Of a stretch of 50,830 bases of DNA, positions 28,848 to 39,037 are shown piece after piece; the stretch's first letter is position 1; the number at the start of each line of letters is the position of its first letter. The position numbers and the translations under genes are program-made. The DNA comes from Alphaproteobacteria bacterium (GTDB lineage: Bacteria; Pseudomonadota; Alphaproteobacteria; JAJFIK01): positions 1 to 50,830 of the forward strand of contig JANQLJ010000004.1 in NCBI GenBank assembly GCA_028280665.1. Direction: 5' to 3'. The notes beneath the pieces are model-generated. The model was not told the origin of the DNA, searched no databases, and saw only the letters and a list, made by a program, of their open reading frames with translations.

Positions 28848-30281
28848 CTACCCCCATACGGGCGGGCGCTTGTCTTTCCAGGGACGCGCCTCTTCGAGTT
28901 GCGCGGCCAGGCGGAAGAGGGTGGCCTCATCGCCGTAACGCCCAGTGAACATCATGCCGATGGGAAGGCCGCCCTCGTCCCACGCCAGCGGCAGCGAGAG
29001 CGAGGGCTGGCCGGTGAAGTTATAAGGCGGCGTGAACGGAAAGCTCTTCGCCTGATGGGCGTCGGTGGTGCGCGGGTCCTGGTTCACCGGATCGCAGAAC
29101 CCGATTTTGGGAACCGAGGTCCCCAGCACCGGGCAGAGCATCACATCCACCTCGAGCCAGTTTGCCAGGATTTGCCGGTTCAGCTCCCGCAAGGTGTGAA
29201 GGCCGCGGCCCACATCGGCGGCAGTGAGGCGTCCTTCCGCACCTTTCCAATTGCGCCAGGTGAGCGCTTCCAACTCGTGTTCTTCCGGCTGACGGCCCAT
29301 CTCCTTGATGCGCTCGTGCATCCCGGCAACGAAGTTCGCGCCCGAAACGGCACGCTGCGCTGCATAAAGGTGCCGGTAGTTGATGCCCAGGCCCCGTTCC
29401 TCGACATGGTGGCCGAGGTCTTCGAGCAGGCTTGCGGTTTCTTCCACGGCGGCGCGGATGTGAGGATCGACGGGATCCCCCCTTGGGGTCTCCGTATAGA
29501 ACCCGATGCGCAGCGCCCCCGGCGGCGTCACAATCTCCTCCATGTAGGGGCGCTCCTTCGGGGGCGCGGGGTAGGGAGAGTCGACCTCATGGACGCCGGT
29601 GGCGTCCAGCATGGCGGCGCTGTCACGCACGGTGCGGCTGACCACGTGGTCCACCGAGAAGCCGATGGAGCGCCCGCCGTCGTCCGGCCCTTGAGGGTTG
29701 CGGTCGCGGGTGACCTTGAGCCCCACCAGCCCGCAACAGGCCGCCGGAATACGGATCGAGCCTAGCCCGTCGGAAGCATGGGCGAGGGGGACGATCCCCG
29801 CCGCCACAGCGCTCGCCGCTCCGCCGGACGAGCCGCCGGAAATATGCTCCGTATTCCAAGGATTGCGGCAGGGGCCCAGCCGCGCGCTTTCCGTGGTCCC
29901 GGTAATGCCGAACTCCGGCGTGTTAGTTTTGCCGAGGAACACAAGCCCCGCCTTGCGGTAGAGCGCTGTAAGGCGGCCATCTTCCGTATCCGGAGCATCG
30001 TCCTTAAAATGCGTGCCGTCGCTGCGCGGCATGCCTTTGACCTTGAGGCCCAGATCCTTGATGAGGAAGGGCACACCCGTGTAGGGCCCGTCAGGCAGGG
30101 CGCGGGCCGCGCTTTCCTGCGCCTCGTCATAAGCCTTGTGCACCACCGCGTTGAGCGCCGGATTGTGGCGTTCGATGCGCGAAATAGCTTCTTCCGCCAA
30201 CTCCGAGGCGCTTACGTCCTTGTTGCGCACTAGCTCGGCAAGGCCGAGACCGTCAAACTGATCGTATTCCGCAAATGCCAT
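28848..30281 (-). CDS. Amidase-signature family amidase (paralogue 1)
   Basis: PFLIKDL (catalytic Lys), GGSSGGAASAVAAG and [15 protein letters not shown] (Ser-cisSer-Lys signature). 477 aa with GGAGG SD. Confidence 0.88.
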   Translation of the reverse strand: MAFAEYDQFDGLGLAELVRNKDVSASELAEEAISRIERHNPALNAVVHKAYDEAQESAARALPDGPYTGVPFLIKDLGLKVKGMPRSDGTHFKDDAPDTEDGRLTALYRKAGLVFLGKTNTPEFGITGTTESARLGPCRNPWNTEHISGGSSGGAASAVAAGIVPLAHASDGLGSIRIPAACCGLVGLKVTRDRNPQGPDDGGRSIGFSVDHVVSRTVRDSAAMLDATGVHEVDSPYPAPPKERPYMEEIVTPPGALRIGFYTETPRGDPVDPHIRAAVEETASLLEDLGHHVEERGLGINYRHLYAAQRAVSGANFVAGMHERIKEMGRQPEEHELEALTWRNWKGAEGRLTAADVGRGLHTLRELNRQILANWLEVDVMLCPVLGTSVPKIGFCDPVNQDPRTTDAHQAKSFPFTPPYNFTGQPSLSLPLAWDEGGLPIGMMFTGRYGDEATLFRLAAQLEEARPWKDKRPPVWG

Positions 30282-30338
30282 GGGCCTAGGTCCTCCTTGA
30301 GATTTATGTAGTCTAGGGCATCGCTAGAAAGATAGCTA

Positions 30339-31775
30339 TCACCCCCACACAGGCGGGCGTTTATCCGCCCACGGACGGGCTTTCTCCAGTTGCCCGGCGA
30401 GGCGCAGCAGCGTGTCCTCGCGGCCCATGTCGGCGGAGAACATGACCCCCACCGGAAGGCCCGCATCGTTCCAATGGAGTGGCAGGGAAATGGAAGGATT
30501 GCCGGTCGCATTGAAGAGCGGCGTGAACGGCAAATAATTGAGCAGCGGCGCGAAGGCCTTTTCGATGTCTGTTTCGGTGGTGCTGAACTCGCCAACCTTG
30601 GCGACGGGCTCACCCAGGGTGGGCGTAAGCAACACGTGGTAGTTCTGGAAGAATCCGCCGAAGCCGCGCCCCACGATCTGCAGCACCGTGAACGATTGCT
30701 GGTACTGCCCGCCAGTCACTTGTTTGCCGAGCTCATAAAGCCCCCAGGTCATGGGCTCAAAGTCCTGCTGGCGCAGTTCCCTGCCAGTGATGAAGGCGAG
30801 CGTATCGAGTAACGCCGTCGCGCTTGCCGCCCAAATGGCGGTGAAGGCATCGCTGAACATTTGATAATCGAGGAAGGGAAGGGTCACTTCTTCCACCTTG
30901 TGACCAAGCGCTTCGAGCTGTCTCGCAACGTCTTCAGCGGCAAAGGCGTTATCGGCATGAACCTTCTCGCCGGTACGCGGACTTATGGTGAGCAAGCCGA
31001 CGCGAAGCTCGCCGGGTTCGGTTTGGCACTCTTTCAAGTAACTTTCCGCCTGCGGCGGCGCCCAGTAGGGATCGCCGGGCTCGGGTCCCGCGGTGCAATC
31101 GAGCATGGCCGCCGTATCGCGCACGGTGCGGCTGACCACATGTTCTTCGGCCAGCCCGTTCATGGAATCCCCCAGGATGGGCCCCGCCGGGTTCCGGCCG
31201 CGGGTGGGCTTGAGCCCCACGAGCCCACAAGAGGCCGCGGGGATGCGGATCGACCCGCCCCCGTCATTGGCATGGGCCAGGGGCACGCAGCCCGCCGCCA
31301 CCATGGCCGCCGAACCGCCGGACGAGCCGCCAGGCGTGTGGTCCACATTCCAGGGATTGCGCGCCGGGCCATAAGCGACCGGCTCGGTGACCGGCATGGA
31401 GCCGATTTCCGGCACGTTGGTCTTGCCCAGGGGGATCAGCCCCGCGGCAAGCTGGCGGTTCACCAGAGTTGCGTTTTGCAGCGCGGGAATGCCTTGCATA
31501 AACCGGGTGCCATAGGTAGTGGGCCAGCCCTCGCGGTCGCCTTGAATGTCTTTGAGAAGGAACGGCACGCCCTTGAACGGACCATCGGGAATCTCCTGGG
31601 CGGCAGCGCGGCGGGCATCGTCATAGCCCTTGAAGATGACACCATTGAGCTTGGGATTATGGCGCTCGATCCGTTCGATGGCGCACTCGGTGAGTTCCGC
31701 CGGCGTTACATCCTTGTTTTTGACGAGCTCCGCCAAGCCCAAGCCATCGAACTCACTGAAGTCATCTAGTGCCAT
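30339..31775 (-). CDS. Amidase-signature family amidase (paralogue 2)
   Basis: [21 protein letters not shown] and [15 protein letters not shown]. It is collinear with paralogue 1 from [23 protein letters not shown] to [15 protein letters not shown] 31775 (GGAGG SD) is preferred over the 31832 extension. Confidence 0.88.
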   Translation of the reverse strand: MALDDFSEFDGLGLAELVKNKDVTPAELTECAIERIERHNPKLNGVIFKGYDDARRAAAQEIPDGPFKGVPFLLKDIQGDREGWPTTYGTRFMQGIPALQNATLVNRQLAAGLIPLGKTNVPEIGSMPVTEPVAYGPARNPWNVDHTPGGSSGGSAAMVAAGCVPLAHANDGGGSIRIPAASCGLVGLKPTRGRNPAGPILGDSMNGLAEEHVVSRTVRDTAAMLDCTAGPEPGDPYWAPPQAESYLKECQTEPGELRVGLLTISPRTGEKVHADNAFAAEDVARQLEALGHKVEEVTLPFLDYQMFSDAFTAIWAASATALLDTLAFITGRELRQQDFEPMTWGLYELGKQVTGGQYQQSFTVLQIVGRGFGGFFQNYHVLLTPTLGEPVAKVGEFSTTETDIEKAFAPLLNYLPFTPLFNATGNPSISLPLHWNDAGLPVGVMFSADMGREDTLLRLAGQLEKARPWADKRPPVWG

Positions 31776-31919
31776 ATCTGCACCTCCACTTTTGAGAGCA
31801 GCGCGATGGTGCCACGCCTGACGGCGTGTCACAATCCACTAAACTGCTGCGTTCCCCGGACTATGGCCGGGAATCATGATGAAATTTAAAATCAGGGCAG
31901 GATCAGCCAGGAGGGGCCA

Positions 31920-32861
31920 ATGGACGACCGTGAAATCCGCATCGGCAGGACCATCGATGAGGCCGCCAAGTTTGTTTTCGGGAATTTGCTTGCCGTTGTC
32001 CGGGTTGGCTGGCTGCCTATTGTTCTCACCCTTTCGGCCGTCGCGGCGATTGTTTGGGTGTTCTGGCAGCCGCTCATCCTGGCTTATGTGGAGGTCTTCA
32101 CTTCGATCAATGATGCGGTCGCCTCGGGCGCGGCTTCAAGCGATGTGGAGATCGACCCGGCGGTACTCGAGCGCGCTATCGAGGAAATCGGCGTGAGCGG
32201 GCTGCTCACCGGTTATTTCGGGGTAATCGTCGTAGCCCTTGCCGGTTACGCCATACCCATGACTGCCTATGCCCGCATGATGGTGCTGGACGAACGCTAC
32301 GGCGGCCCTTTTTTCATCCGCTTTGGCGCGCGCGAAGCCAATGTGGCGCTGACCTATTTCGCGCTGACACTGATCATCGCCATCGTCATGATGATTTTAA
32401 CGACGGTCATGGCCTTGGCGATTGCATTTACCGTGGGCGATCAGGCGGGTGAGGCGGGCGCGGGGCTGGCTGTCTTTCTTCTGATCGTGGTTTCCGTCGT
32501 TGCCTTCATATGGCTGTTTGCACGCCTGGGGATCGCTCTTCCTGCGTCCGCCGTGGACGGGGGCGTGCCCATCGGGCGCGCCTGGTCGCTCACGCGCGGC
32601 ATTGGCGGCACGCTCTCCTGGATTCTTGTTCTTGGGTACCTCGTTCTCTTCGCCCTTACCATGGTGTTCATGATGATGGTCTCCATGGTGACGGGGATCA
32701 TCTTCGGCATACTGACCAGCCTCGGCTCGCAGCTTGCGCCCTATTTCATCGGTACACTGATCGCTGTGGGATATGTGCTGGTCTATTGTTTCGGCACCGC
32801 CTTTTTCATGGCGCTGTTTGCAGGCCCCTACAAGCGGTTGACGCAAGCAGCGCCCGACTAG
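31920..32861 (+). CDS. Multi-pass inner-membrane protein of unknown function
   Basis: 313-aa ORF with AGGAGG SD and about 6-7 hydrophobic helices. I recognise no family motif with confidence. Confidence 0.6.
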   Translation: MDDREIRIGRTIDEAAKFVFGNLLAVVRVGWLPIVLTLSAVAAIVWVFWQPLILAYVEVFTSINDAVASGAASSDVEIDPAVLERAIEEIGVSGLLTGYFGVIVVALAGYAIPMTAYARMMVLDERYGGPFFIRFGAREANVALTYFALTLIIAIVMMILTTVMALAIAFTVGDQAGEAGAGLAVFLLIVVSVVAFIWLFARLGIALPASAVDGGVPIGRAWSLTRGIGGTLSWILVLGYLVLFALTMVFMMMVSMVTGIIFGILTSLGSQLAPYFIGTLIAVGYVLVYCFGTAFFMALFAGPYKRLTQAAPD

Positions 32862-35812
32862 GCCACCTTCGCGCGCTTGCGGGCAGTCTTTCTTTTGGTT
32901 GCTTTTTTCGCAGGTGGTTTCGCCCGCGTCTTAGGCTTCGATTTACCCGTGTTTAAGGCGCGCTTACCCAGAATGCCGCTCAAATATTGCCCGGTGTAAG
33001 AGGCTTTGACTTTCGCCACGTCCTCGGGCGTGCCAGCCGCCACAATAGTGCCGCCGCCGTCGCCGCCTTCGGGGCCAAGGTCAATAATCCAGTCGGCGGT
33101 TTTGATGACTTCAAGATTGTGCTCGATCACCACCACCGTATTGCCCTGATCCACAAGCTCATGCAGCACTTCGAGCAGTTTGCGCACGTCCTCGAAATGC
33201 AGCCCCGTGGTGGGCTCATCAAGGATATAGAGCGTCTTGCCCGTGGCGCGGCGCGAAAGCTCTTTAGCCAGTTTCACCCGCTGCGCTTCGCCGCCTGAAA
33301 GCGTGGGCGCCTGCTGGCCAATCTTGATGTAGGAGAGCCCCACGCGATTGAGGGTCTCCATCTTCTCGCGAATGGCCGGCACGGCCTTGAAGAATTCGAG
33401 GCCATCTTCGACGGTCATGTCGAGCACGTCGGCAATGGATTTGCCCTTGAAGGCGATCTCCAAGGTCTCACGGTTATAGCGCTTGCCCTTGCACACATCG
33501 CAAGTGACATAGACGTCCGGCAGAAAGTGCATTTCGATCTTGATGACGCCGTCGCCCTGACAGGCCTCGCAGCGCCCGCCCTTCACATTGAAGGAAAAAC
33601 GCCCGGGCTTGTAGCCGCGCGCCCGCGCTTCGGGCAGGCCTGCAAACCATTCGCGGATCGGCGTGAAGGCGCCGGTATAGGTCGCCGGGTTCGACCGCGG
33701 CGTGCGGCCGATGGGCGACTGGTCGATGTCGATCACCTTGTCGATATGCTGAAGCCCTTGCACCTCGTCATGGCTGCCGGGATGTTCCCGCGCGCTCATC
33801 ACCTTGCGCGCGGCGGCTTTGTAAAGGGTCTCAATGGTGAGCGTCGACTTGCCCCCGCCCGAAACGCCGGTGACGCAGGTGAAAGTCCCCAGCGGAAAGC
33901 TCGCGGTCACATCCTGCAGATTGTTCGCCTTGGCGCCTTTGACCGTGACAGCTTTGCCCGCGGCGGCCACACGGCGCTCGGCGGGCACGTCGATCTGCCG
34001 GAAGCCGGTCAAGTATTCGCCGGTGAGGCTGCCCGGGGCCTTCATCACGTCGCCGGGCTTACCTTGGGCGACGACCTTGCCCCCGTGAATGCCCGCGCCA
34101 GGGCCCATGTCGATCACGTGGTCGGCGGTGCGGATGGCTTCTTCGTCGTGTTCGACCATGATGACCGTGTTACCGAGATCGCGCAGGCGTTCGAGGGTCG
34201 CGAGCAGCCGTGCATTGTCGCGCTGATGAAGGCCGATGGACGGTTCATCGAGCACGTACAAGACGCCCGTGAGCCCCGAGCCGATCTGAGAAGCCAGCCG
34301 GATGCGCTGGCTTTCTCCGCCCGAAAGGGTGCGCGAGCCGCGTGACAGCGTGAGGTATTCCAGTCCCACATTGTTCAGGAAATAGAGTCGTTCGCGGATT
34401 TCCTTGAGCACCCGCTCGGCGATCTCTTTCTGCTTCTTGGTGAGTTTCTTGGGCAGGTCTTCGAACCAGGCGTTCGCCGCCTTGATCGACATCTCGGCCA
34501 CTTCGCCCACGTGAAGCCCGCCCACCTTGACAGCCAGGGCTTCCGGTTTCAGCCGGTGCCCGCCGCAAGCCTCGCAATCGGTAATGCCCTGGAATTTTTC
34601 GATTTCTTCCCGTACCCAACTTGAGTCCGTTTCGCGCCAGCGCCGCTGCAGATTGGGGATTACGCCTTCAAAAGCCTTGGTGGTCTCGTACCGCCTAAGC
34701 CCATCGTCATAGACAAAGGTAATCTCCTCGCCCTTGGAGCCATAGAGAATGACGTTGCGGACCTTCTTGGGCAGCTTGTTCCACGGCTTGGTCATCACCG
34801 CGCCGAAGTGATCCGTAATCGCCATCAAGGTCTGGGTGTAGTAGGGAGAGGTCGACCGCGACCACGGCGCCACCGCCCCGTCCTTGAGCGAGAGCGTTCC
34901 GTCGGGGATCACCATTTCCGCATCGAAATAATGCTCCGTCCCTAGACCATCACAGGAAGGGCACGCGCCGAAGGGATTGTTGAAGGAAAAGAGCCGTGGT
35001 TCGATTTCTTCGATGGTAAAGCCGGAAACGGGGCAGGCGAATTTTTCCGAAAAGATAATACGGCGGGGGTTGCCGTCTTCGTCTTTCTCATCCGCGAACT
35101 CGGCAATGGCGAGTCCCTCGGCAAGCTGTAGGGAGGTTTCGATGGAGTCTGCGAGCCGCGTTTCAAGCCCATCTTTGACAACCAAACGGTCCACCACAAC
35201 TTCGATGTCGTGCTTGAGTTTCTTGTTCAGCGTGGGCGGGGTATCGAGATCATAGAAGGTGCCGTCCACTTTGACGCGCTGAAAGCCGCGCTTGAGGAGA
35301 TCGGCAAATTCCTTCCGGTACTCCCCCTTCCGTCCACGGACAATGGGGGCGAGGAGGTAGAGCCGCGTGCCTTCGGGGAGCGTCTGCACCCTGTCCACCA
35401 TCTGGCTAACGGTTTGCGCCTCGATGGGAAGGCCCGTGGCGGGGGAGTAGGGCACACCCACCCGCGCCCAAAGAAGGCGCATGTAGTCATAGATCTCCGT
35501 CACCGTGCCGACGGTCGAGCGCGGGTTCCGGCTGGTGGTCTTCTGCTCAATGGAGATGGCGGGGCTGAGGCCGTCAATGTGGTCCACATCCGGTTTTTGC
35601 ATCAGTTCGAGGAACTGCCGGGCATAGGCCGAAAGGCTCTCCACATAGCGGCGTTGGCCCTCCGCATAGACCGTGTCGAAGGCGAGGGACGACTTACCCG
35701 AGCCCGACAGCCCCGTAATCACCACAAGGGAATCCCGCGGAAACTCGACAGTAATGTCCTGCAGATTGTGCTCCCGCGCGCCGACCACGCGGATCGTCTT
35801 CTGGCTCATCAA
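32858..35812 (-). CDS. uvrA: Excinuclease ABC subunit A, with a Lys/Arg-rich C-terminal tail
   Basis: Two ABC ATPase modules ([38 protein letters not shown]) and zinc-finger cysteines. The terminal ~36 aa are [36 protein letters not shown]. Confidence 0.97.
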   Translation of the reverse strand: MMSQKTIRVVGAREHNLQDITVEFPRDSLVVITGLSGSGKSSLAFDTVYAEGQRRYVESLSAYARQFLELMQKPDVDHIDGLSPAISIEQKTTSRNPRSTVGTVTEIYDYMRLLWARVGVPYSPATGLPIEAQTVSQMVDRVQTLPEGTRLYLLAPIVRGRKGEYRKEFADLLKRGFQRVKVDGTFYDLDTPPTLNKKLKHDIEVVVDRLVVKDGLETRLADSIETSLQLAEGLAIAEFADEKDEDGNPRRIIFSEKFACPVSGFTIEEIEPRLFSFNNPFGACPSCDGLGTEHYFDAEMVIPDGTLSLKDGAVAPWSRSTSPYYTQTLMAITDHFGAVMTKPWNKLPKKVRNVILYGSKGEEITFVYDDGLRRYETTKAFEGVIPNLQRRWRETDSSWVREEIEKFQGITDCEACGGHRLKPEALAVKVGGLHVGEVAEMSIKAANAWFEDLPKKLTKKQKEIAERVLKEIRERLYFLNNVGLEYLTLSRGSRTLSGGESQRIRLASQIGSGLTGVLYVLDEPSIGLHQRDNARLLATLERLRDLGNTVIMVEHDEEAIRTADHVIDMGPGAGIHGGKVVAQGKPGDVMKAPGSLTGEYLTGFRQIDVPAERRVAAAGKAVTVKGAKANNLQDVTASFPLGTFTCVTGVSGGGKSTLTIETLYKAAARKVMSAREHPGSHDEVQGLQHIDKVIDIDQSPIGRTPRSNPATYTGAFTPIREWFAGLPEARARGYKPGRFSFNVKGGRCEACQGDGVIKIEMHFLPDVYVTCDVCKGKRYNRETLEIAFKGKSIADVLDMTVEDGLEFFKAVPAIREKMETLNRVGLSYIKIGQQAPTLSGGEAQRVKLAKELSRRATGKTLYILDEPTTGLHFEDVRKLLEVLHELVDQGNTVVVIEHNLEVIKTADWIIDLGPEGGDGGGTIVAAGTPEDVAKVKASYTGQYLSGILGKRALNTGKSKPKTRAKPPAKKATKRKTARKRAKVA

Positions 35813-35897
35813 GCCCCTCTATGCCACTGAATGCCGTTGATTTCGTGCCCTAAGGCCGAACGGCCAACATAGAGCCCGGAGTCGGGTTTGACATCAA

Positions 35898-35912
35898 GAA
35901 CAAAATATGAAC
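35898..35912. promoter_or_regulatory. Alphaproteobacterial LexA (SOS) box GAAC-N7-GAAC
   Basis: GAACaaaatatGAAC read directly in the uvrA<>GST-ssb divergent spacer, flanked by two TTTGACA copies. GTTC-N7-GTTC / GAAC-N7-GAAC is the established LexA operator of Rhodobacter and Rhizobium, and uvrA and ssb are classical SOS genes. Confidence 0.6.
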
Positions 35913-35936
35913 ATTTGACACCCGGGAGAGACGCCC

Positions 35937-36563
35937 ATGACTTACATCCTCTATGCCAGGCGCGGCTGGGGCTCGGCCATTACCGAGGCGGCTTTGACGC
36001 TTACCGGGCTGCCGTTCGCGCTCTCGGGGGCCCGTGGAGAGCCCGGGAAGGGCATTCCGCCCCTCAAGGAAATCAATCCCCTCGGCCAGTGGCCCACGCT
36101 CATCTGCCCGGACGGGGCGGTGATGACGGAAAGCGCCGCGATCCTGTTTCACCTGGACGACGTGGCGCCCAAGGCGGGGCTGGTGCCGGGGAAGCGCGCG
36201 AAGGAACGGCGGGCGTTCCTGCGCTGGCTCCAGGTGATTGTCGGCGCGGTCTATCCCACCTTCACCTATGCGGATTACCCGGGTCGGTTTGTTTCTTCCA
36301 AGGCCGCGCGCAAAGAACTTGTGGAAAACTCTGCCGCGCGGCGCAAAGAGATTTGGCTGGACGTCGAGAGTGCGATAGAGCCGAACCCATGGGTATTGGG
36401 CACCCGGTTCTCCGGGCTCGACATCTACGTCAAGGTGATGAGCCATTGGGGACCGCGGCGGACATGGTTCGCTGCCCATTGCCCTAAACTTTATTCCGCC
36501 GCGAAAGCGGCTGAAGCCATTCCGGCGCTCGTTCCCGTGTGGAAGAGAAATTACGGAAGATAG
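35937..36563 (+). CDS. Glutathione S-transferase family protein
   Basis: 208 aa. It has an N-terminal thioredoxin-like GST fold (YARRGWGSAITEAALTL...INPLGQWPTL) and an alpha-helical C-terminal domain. GGGAGAG SD. Confidence 0.75.
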   Translation: MTYILYARRGWGSAITEAALTLTGLPFALSGARGEPGKGIPPLKEINPLGQWPTLICPDGAVMTESAAILFHLDDVAPKAGLVPGKRAKERRAFLRWLQVIVGAVYPTFTYADYPGRFVSSKAARKELVENSAARRKEIWLDVESAIEPNPWVLGTRFSGLDIYVKVMSHWGPRRTWFAAHCPKLYSAAKAAEAIPALVPVWKRNYGR

Positions 36564-36584
36564 AGAAACAGACAGGAGAGACAC

Positions 36585-37046
36585 ATGGCTGGCAGCGTCA
36601 ACAAAGTGATCTTGATCGGCAACCTGGGCGCCGACCCGGAAGTGCGGCACACCCAGGACGGTCGCCCCATCGTCAACTTGCGCGTCGCGACAAGCGAGTC
36701 ATGGCGTGACAAAAGTTCCGGCGAGCGCCGGGAAAAGACCGAATGGCACCGGGTGGTGATCTTTAACGAAGGCCTCGCCAAGATCGCCGAGCAATACTTG
36801 CGCAAAGGCTCGAAGGTGTATCTCGAAGGCGCGCTGCAGACCCGCAAATGGCAGGACCAGTCAGGTCAGGACCGCTATTCCACGGAGGTAGTGCTGCAGG
36901 GCTTTAACTCCTCCATGACCATGCTCGACAGCCGCAGTGGCGGCAGCGGAGAGGGAAGCTATTCCTCCGGCGGCGGATCATCCTCCTCGGGCGGCGGGTC
37001 CGATGACTTCCAGCGCGCCGAACTCGACGACGAGATTCCGTTTTAA
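36585..37046 (+). CDS. ssb: Single-stranded DNA-binding protein
   Basis: [30 protein letters not shown], a Gly/Ser-rich linker and an acidic tip DDEIPF. Confidence 0.97.
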   Translation: MAGSVNKVILIGNLGADPEVRHTQDGRPIVNLRVATSESWRDKSSGERREKTEWHRVVIFNEGLAKIAEQYLRKGSKVYLEGALQTRKWQDQSGQDRYSTEVVLQGFNSSMTMLDSRSGGSGEGSYSSGGGSSSSGGGSDDFQRAELDDEIPF

Positions 37047-37099
37047 GAGGCCGAAGCCATGCGTGTCCTGATTGTCGTGGCGATCAAGGACGGACGCTA

Positions 37100-37573
37100 A
37101 TGGAACTCTTTCTCGCCCTGCGTCTCATCCACATCGTGAGCGCTGCCATCCTGTTCGGCACGGGGCTGGGTATTGCGTTTTTCATGTTCATGGCGGTGAA
37201 GAGCGGCAATCTCGCCTACATCGCCTCTACGGCGCGGCAGGTGGTGATCGCGGATTTCATCTTCACCGCGGTCGCCGTGGTGGTGCAGCCGGTCACCGGC
37301 CTGTGGCTCGCGCTCATCGTGGGGTATCCGCTACTTAGCCCCTGGCTAGTGGGGACTTACGTGCTTTATGCCGTGGCGGCCGCCGCTTGGCTGCCGGTGG
37401 TCTACATCCAGATGCGTCTGGCGGACCTCGCGCAACGAGCCTTTGAACAAAAGGTCCTGTTGCCCGACGAGTTTCACCGGCTCTTTAGGGTGTGGTTCAT
37501 CCTCGGCTGGCCGGGATTTCTCTCGGTCCTCGGAATCTTTGTACTGATGGTTTTCCGCTCGGCGCTGACCTAG
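37100..37573 (+). CDS. DUF2269-like integral membrane protein
   Basis: 157 aa with four hydrophobic helices. The N-terminus MELFLALRLIHIVSAAILFGTGLGIAFF resembles DUF2269 as I remember it. Confidence 0.6.
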   Translation: MELFLALRLIHIVSAAILFGTGLGIAFFMFMAVKSGNLAYIASTARQVVIADFIFTAVAVVVQPVTGLWLALIVGYPLLSPWLVGTYVLYAVAAAAWLPVVYIQMRLADLAQRAFEQKVLLPDEFHRLFRVWFILGWPGFLSVLGIFVLMVFRSALT

Positions 37574-37965
37574 AGGCTGAACCCGTACCAGACGATCAGC
37601 CCGCCGATGATGACCGCAAGCACGCCCATAACCCGCAGCACCGGTGGGGGGAAGGCTCTCCATACGGTCATGGCCAGCCGGCTTGAGAATGCCGGGAAGG
37701 GGATCATGGCGAGGAGCGCCAGGGCGAGTACGAGGAACGCCACATACTTCACCACCAGCGTCGCGATGATCGTGTCGGCCCATACGCCCCAGGCGATCAG
37801 CGCGGCGAACAGACCCATGACGATGCCCATAATGCGCATCTTGCCGGGGGTGTCGAACAAGCTGATGTAGGTGTTTCGCGTCTTCTCAGGCGCGACGGCC
37901 AAAGGCGCGCGGCTGATCATGATTGAAAGCCCCAAAAGAACGATAATGTAAGCGGTAACAGTCAT
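37570..37965 (-). CDS. Small (131 aa) four-helix membrane protein of unknown function
   Basis: ATG 37965 is preceded by AGGAGGG. The ORF-track start at 38157 is an extension overlapping the channel gene. The sequence is hydrophobic throughout (MTVTAYIIVLLGLSIMI...). Confidence 0.55.
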   Translation of the reverse strand: MTVTAYIIVLLGLSIMISRAPLAVAPEKTRNTYISLFDTPGKMRIMGIVMGLFAALIAWGVWADTIIATLVVKYVAFLVLALALLAMIPFPAFSSRLAMTVWRAFPPPVLRVMGVLAVIIGGLIVWYGFSL

Positions 37966-38068
37966 GGAACCCTCCTGCGTTGGAACATGAGGACCTTCTA
38001 TATATGGGGTGGGCTGGGTCCCCCTCCAAGCAAAATCGTGAACCCTCACGCCCCAGCGCGCTGTCCGC

Positions 38069-38845
38069 CTAACCCCCGCCTTTTTGCTGCTCGCGGAGTT
38101 CTTGAAGCTCGGCGCGCAAGGCGCGCATTTCCTTAGCCAGCACTTCCTGCATTTCAATGGTGGCCTTGCTTTCCAGCGCCTCGGCTTCCATGGCGTTGAC
38201 GATGATGGCGATGAAAAAGTTGAGCAGTGTTAGCGTCGCCACCAAAATATAAGCAAGAAAGAACATCCAGGCGTGGGGGTAGACCGCCATCACGTTGTCG
38301 GCAATGTCGGGCCAGCCTTCCAGGGTCATGATCTTGAAAAGCGTGAACATGGAAACCCATAGATCGCCGAAATACTGCGGCGCCAGTTCGCTAAAGAGAT
38401 TGAACCCAAGAATAGCGGAGACAAAAATGATCAGTACAAGGAGCGCCGCCACCGATGAGATTCCTGGAATCGAGCGGAGCAGGCCACGCACCACCGACCG
38501 AAGGCGGGGGAAGGCCGAAATGAGCCTGAGCACGCGGAAGACGCGGAAGGCGCGCAAGGCGGCAAATCCGCTGGCGGCGGGGCTGAACGAGATGGCCACA
38601 ACCACGACGTCGAATATGCTCCAGGGGTCCGTGAAAAAGCGCCGCCCATGGGCGATAAGGCGCAAGACAAGCTCCACCACGAAGACCCACAAGATGATGT
38701 CGTCGAGCACAAGCAGCTCGTCCCGGTAGCCGAAGGGCATTGCGGGCAGCGCTTCAATGGCAAGGATCAGCGCATTCAAAAAGATGAGTGCGATGATCGA
38801 CCAATGGAAGGCGGGATGCTCGACGAAGGCACGCAACTGCCGCAC
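38069..38845 (-). CDS. Single-domain voltage-gated cation channel (BacNav/NaChBac family) with TLEGWPD selectivity filter
   Basis: Six-TM layout. S4 has Arg every third residue (LRAFRVFRVLRLISAFPRLR), the pore helix and filter read FTLFKIMTLEGWPDIA, and there is a C-terminal coiled coil EMQEVLAKEMRALRAELQELREQQ. GTG start with GAGGGGG SD. Confidence 0.85.
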   Translation of the reverse strand: MRQLRAFVEHPAFHWSIIALIFLNALILAIEALPAMPFGYRDELLVLDDIILWVFVVELVLRLIAHGRRFFTDPWSIFDVVVVAISFSPAASGFAALRAFRVFRVLRLISAFPRLRSVVRGLLRSIPGISSVAALLVLIIFVSAILGFNLFSELAPQYFGDLWVSMFTLFKIMTLEGWPDIADNVMAVYPHAWMFFLAYILVATLTLLNFFIAIIVNAMEAEALESKATIEMQEVLAKEMRALRAELQELREQQKGGG

Positions 38846-39037
38846 TGAAAACCCCCTCTCTATAGCCCTCTCTGCAGCCCCCTTTGGAGCGCTTTTGGAC
38901 CTCTTGGAAAGACCTCCACCGGGCCTTACAAGATTTGCCCGAACCGCAGGAAAATGCTAGCGATAAGGGATAAATCGTAACTGACTCGGGGCCTTCGGGA
39001 AGAGGGCAATCCGCACCATAAAAAGACCAAAAACTCC

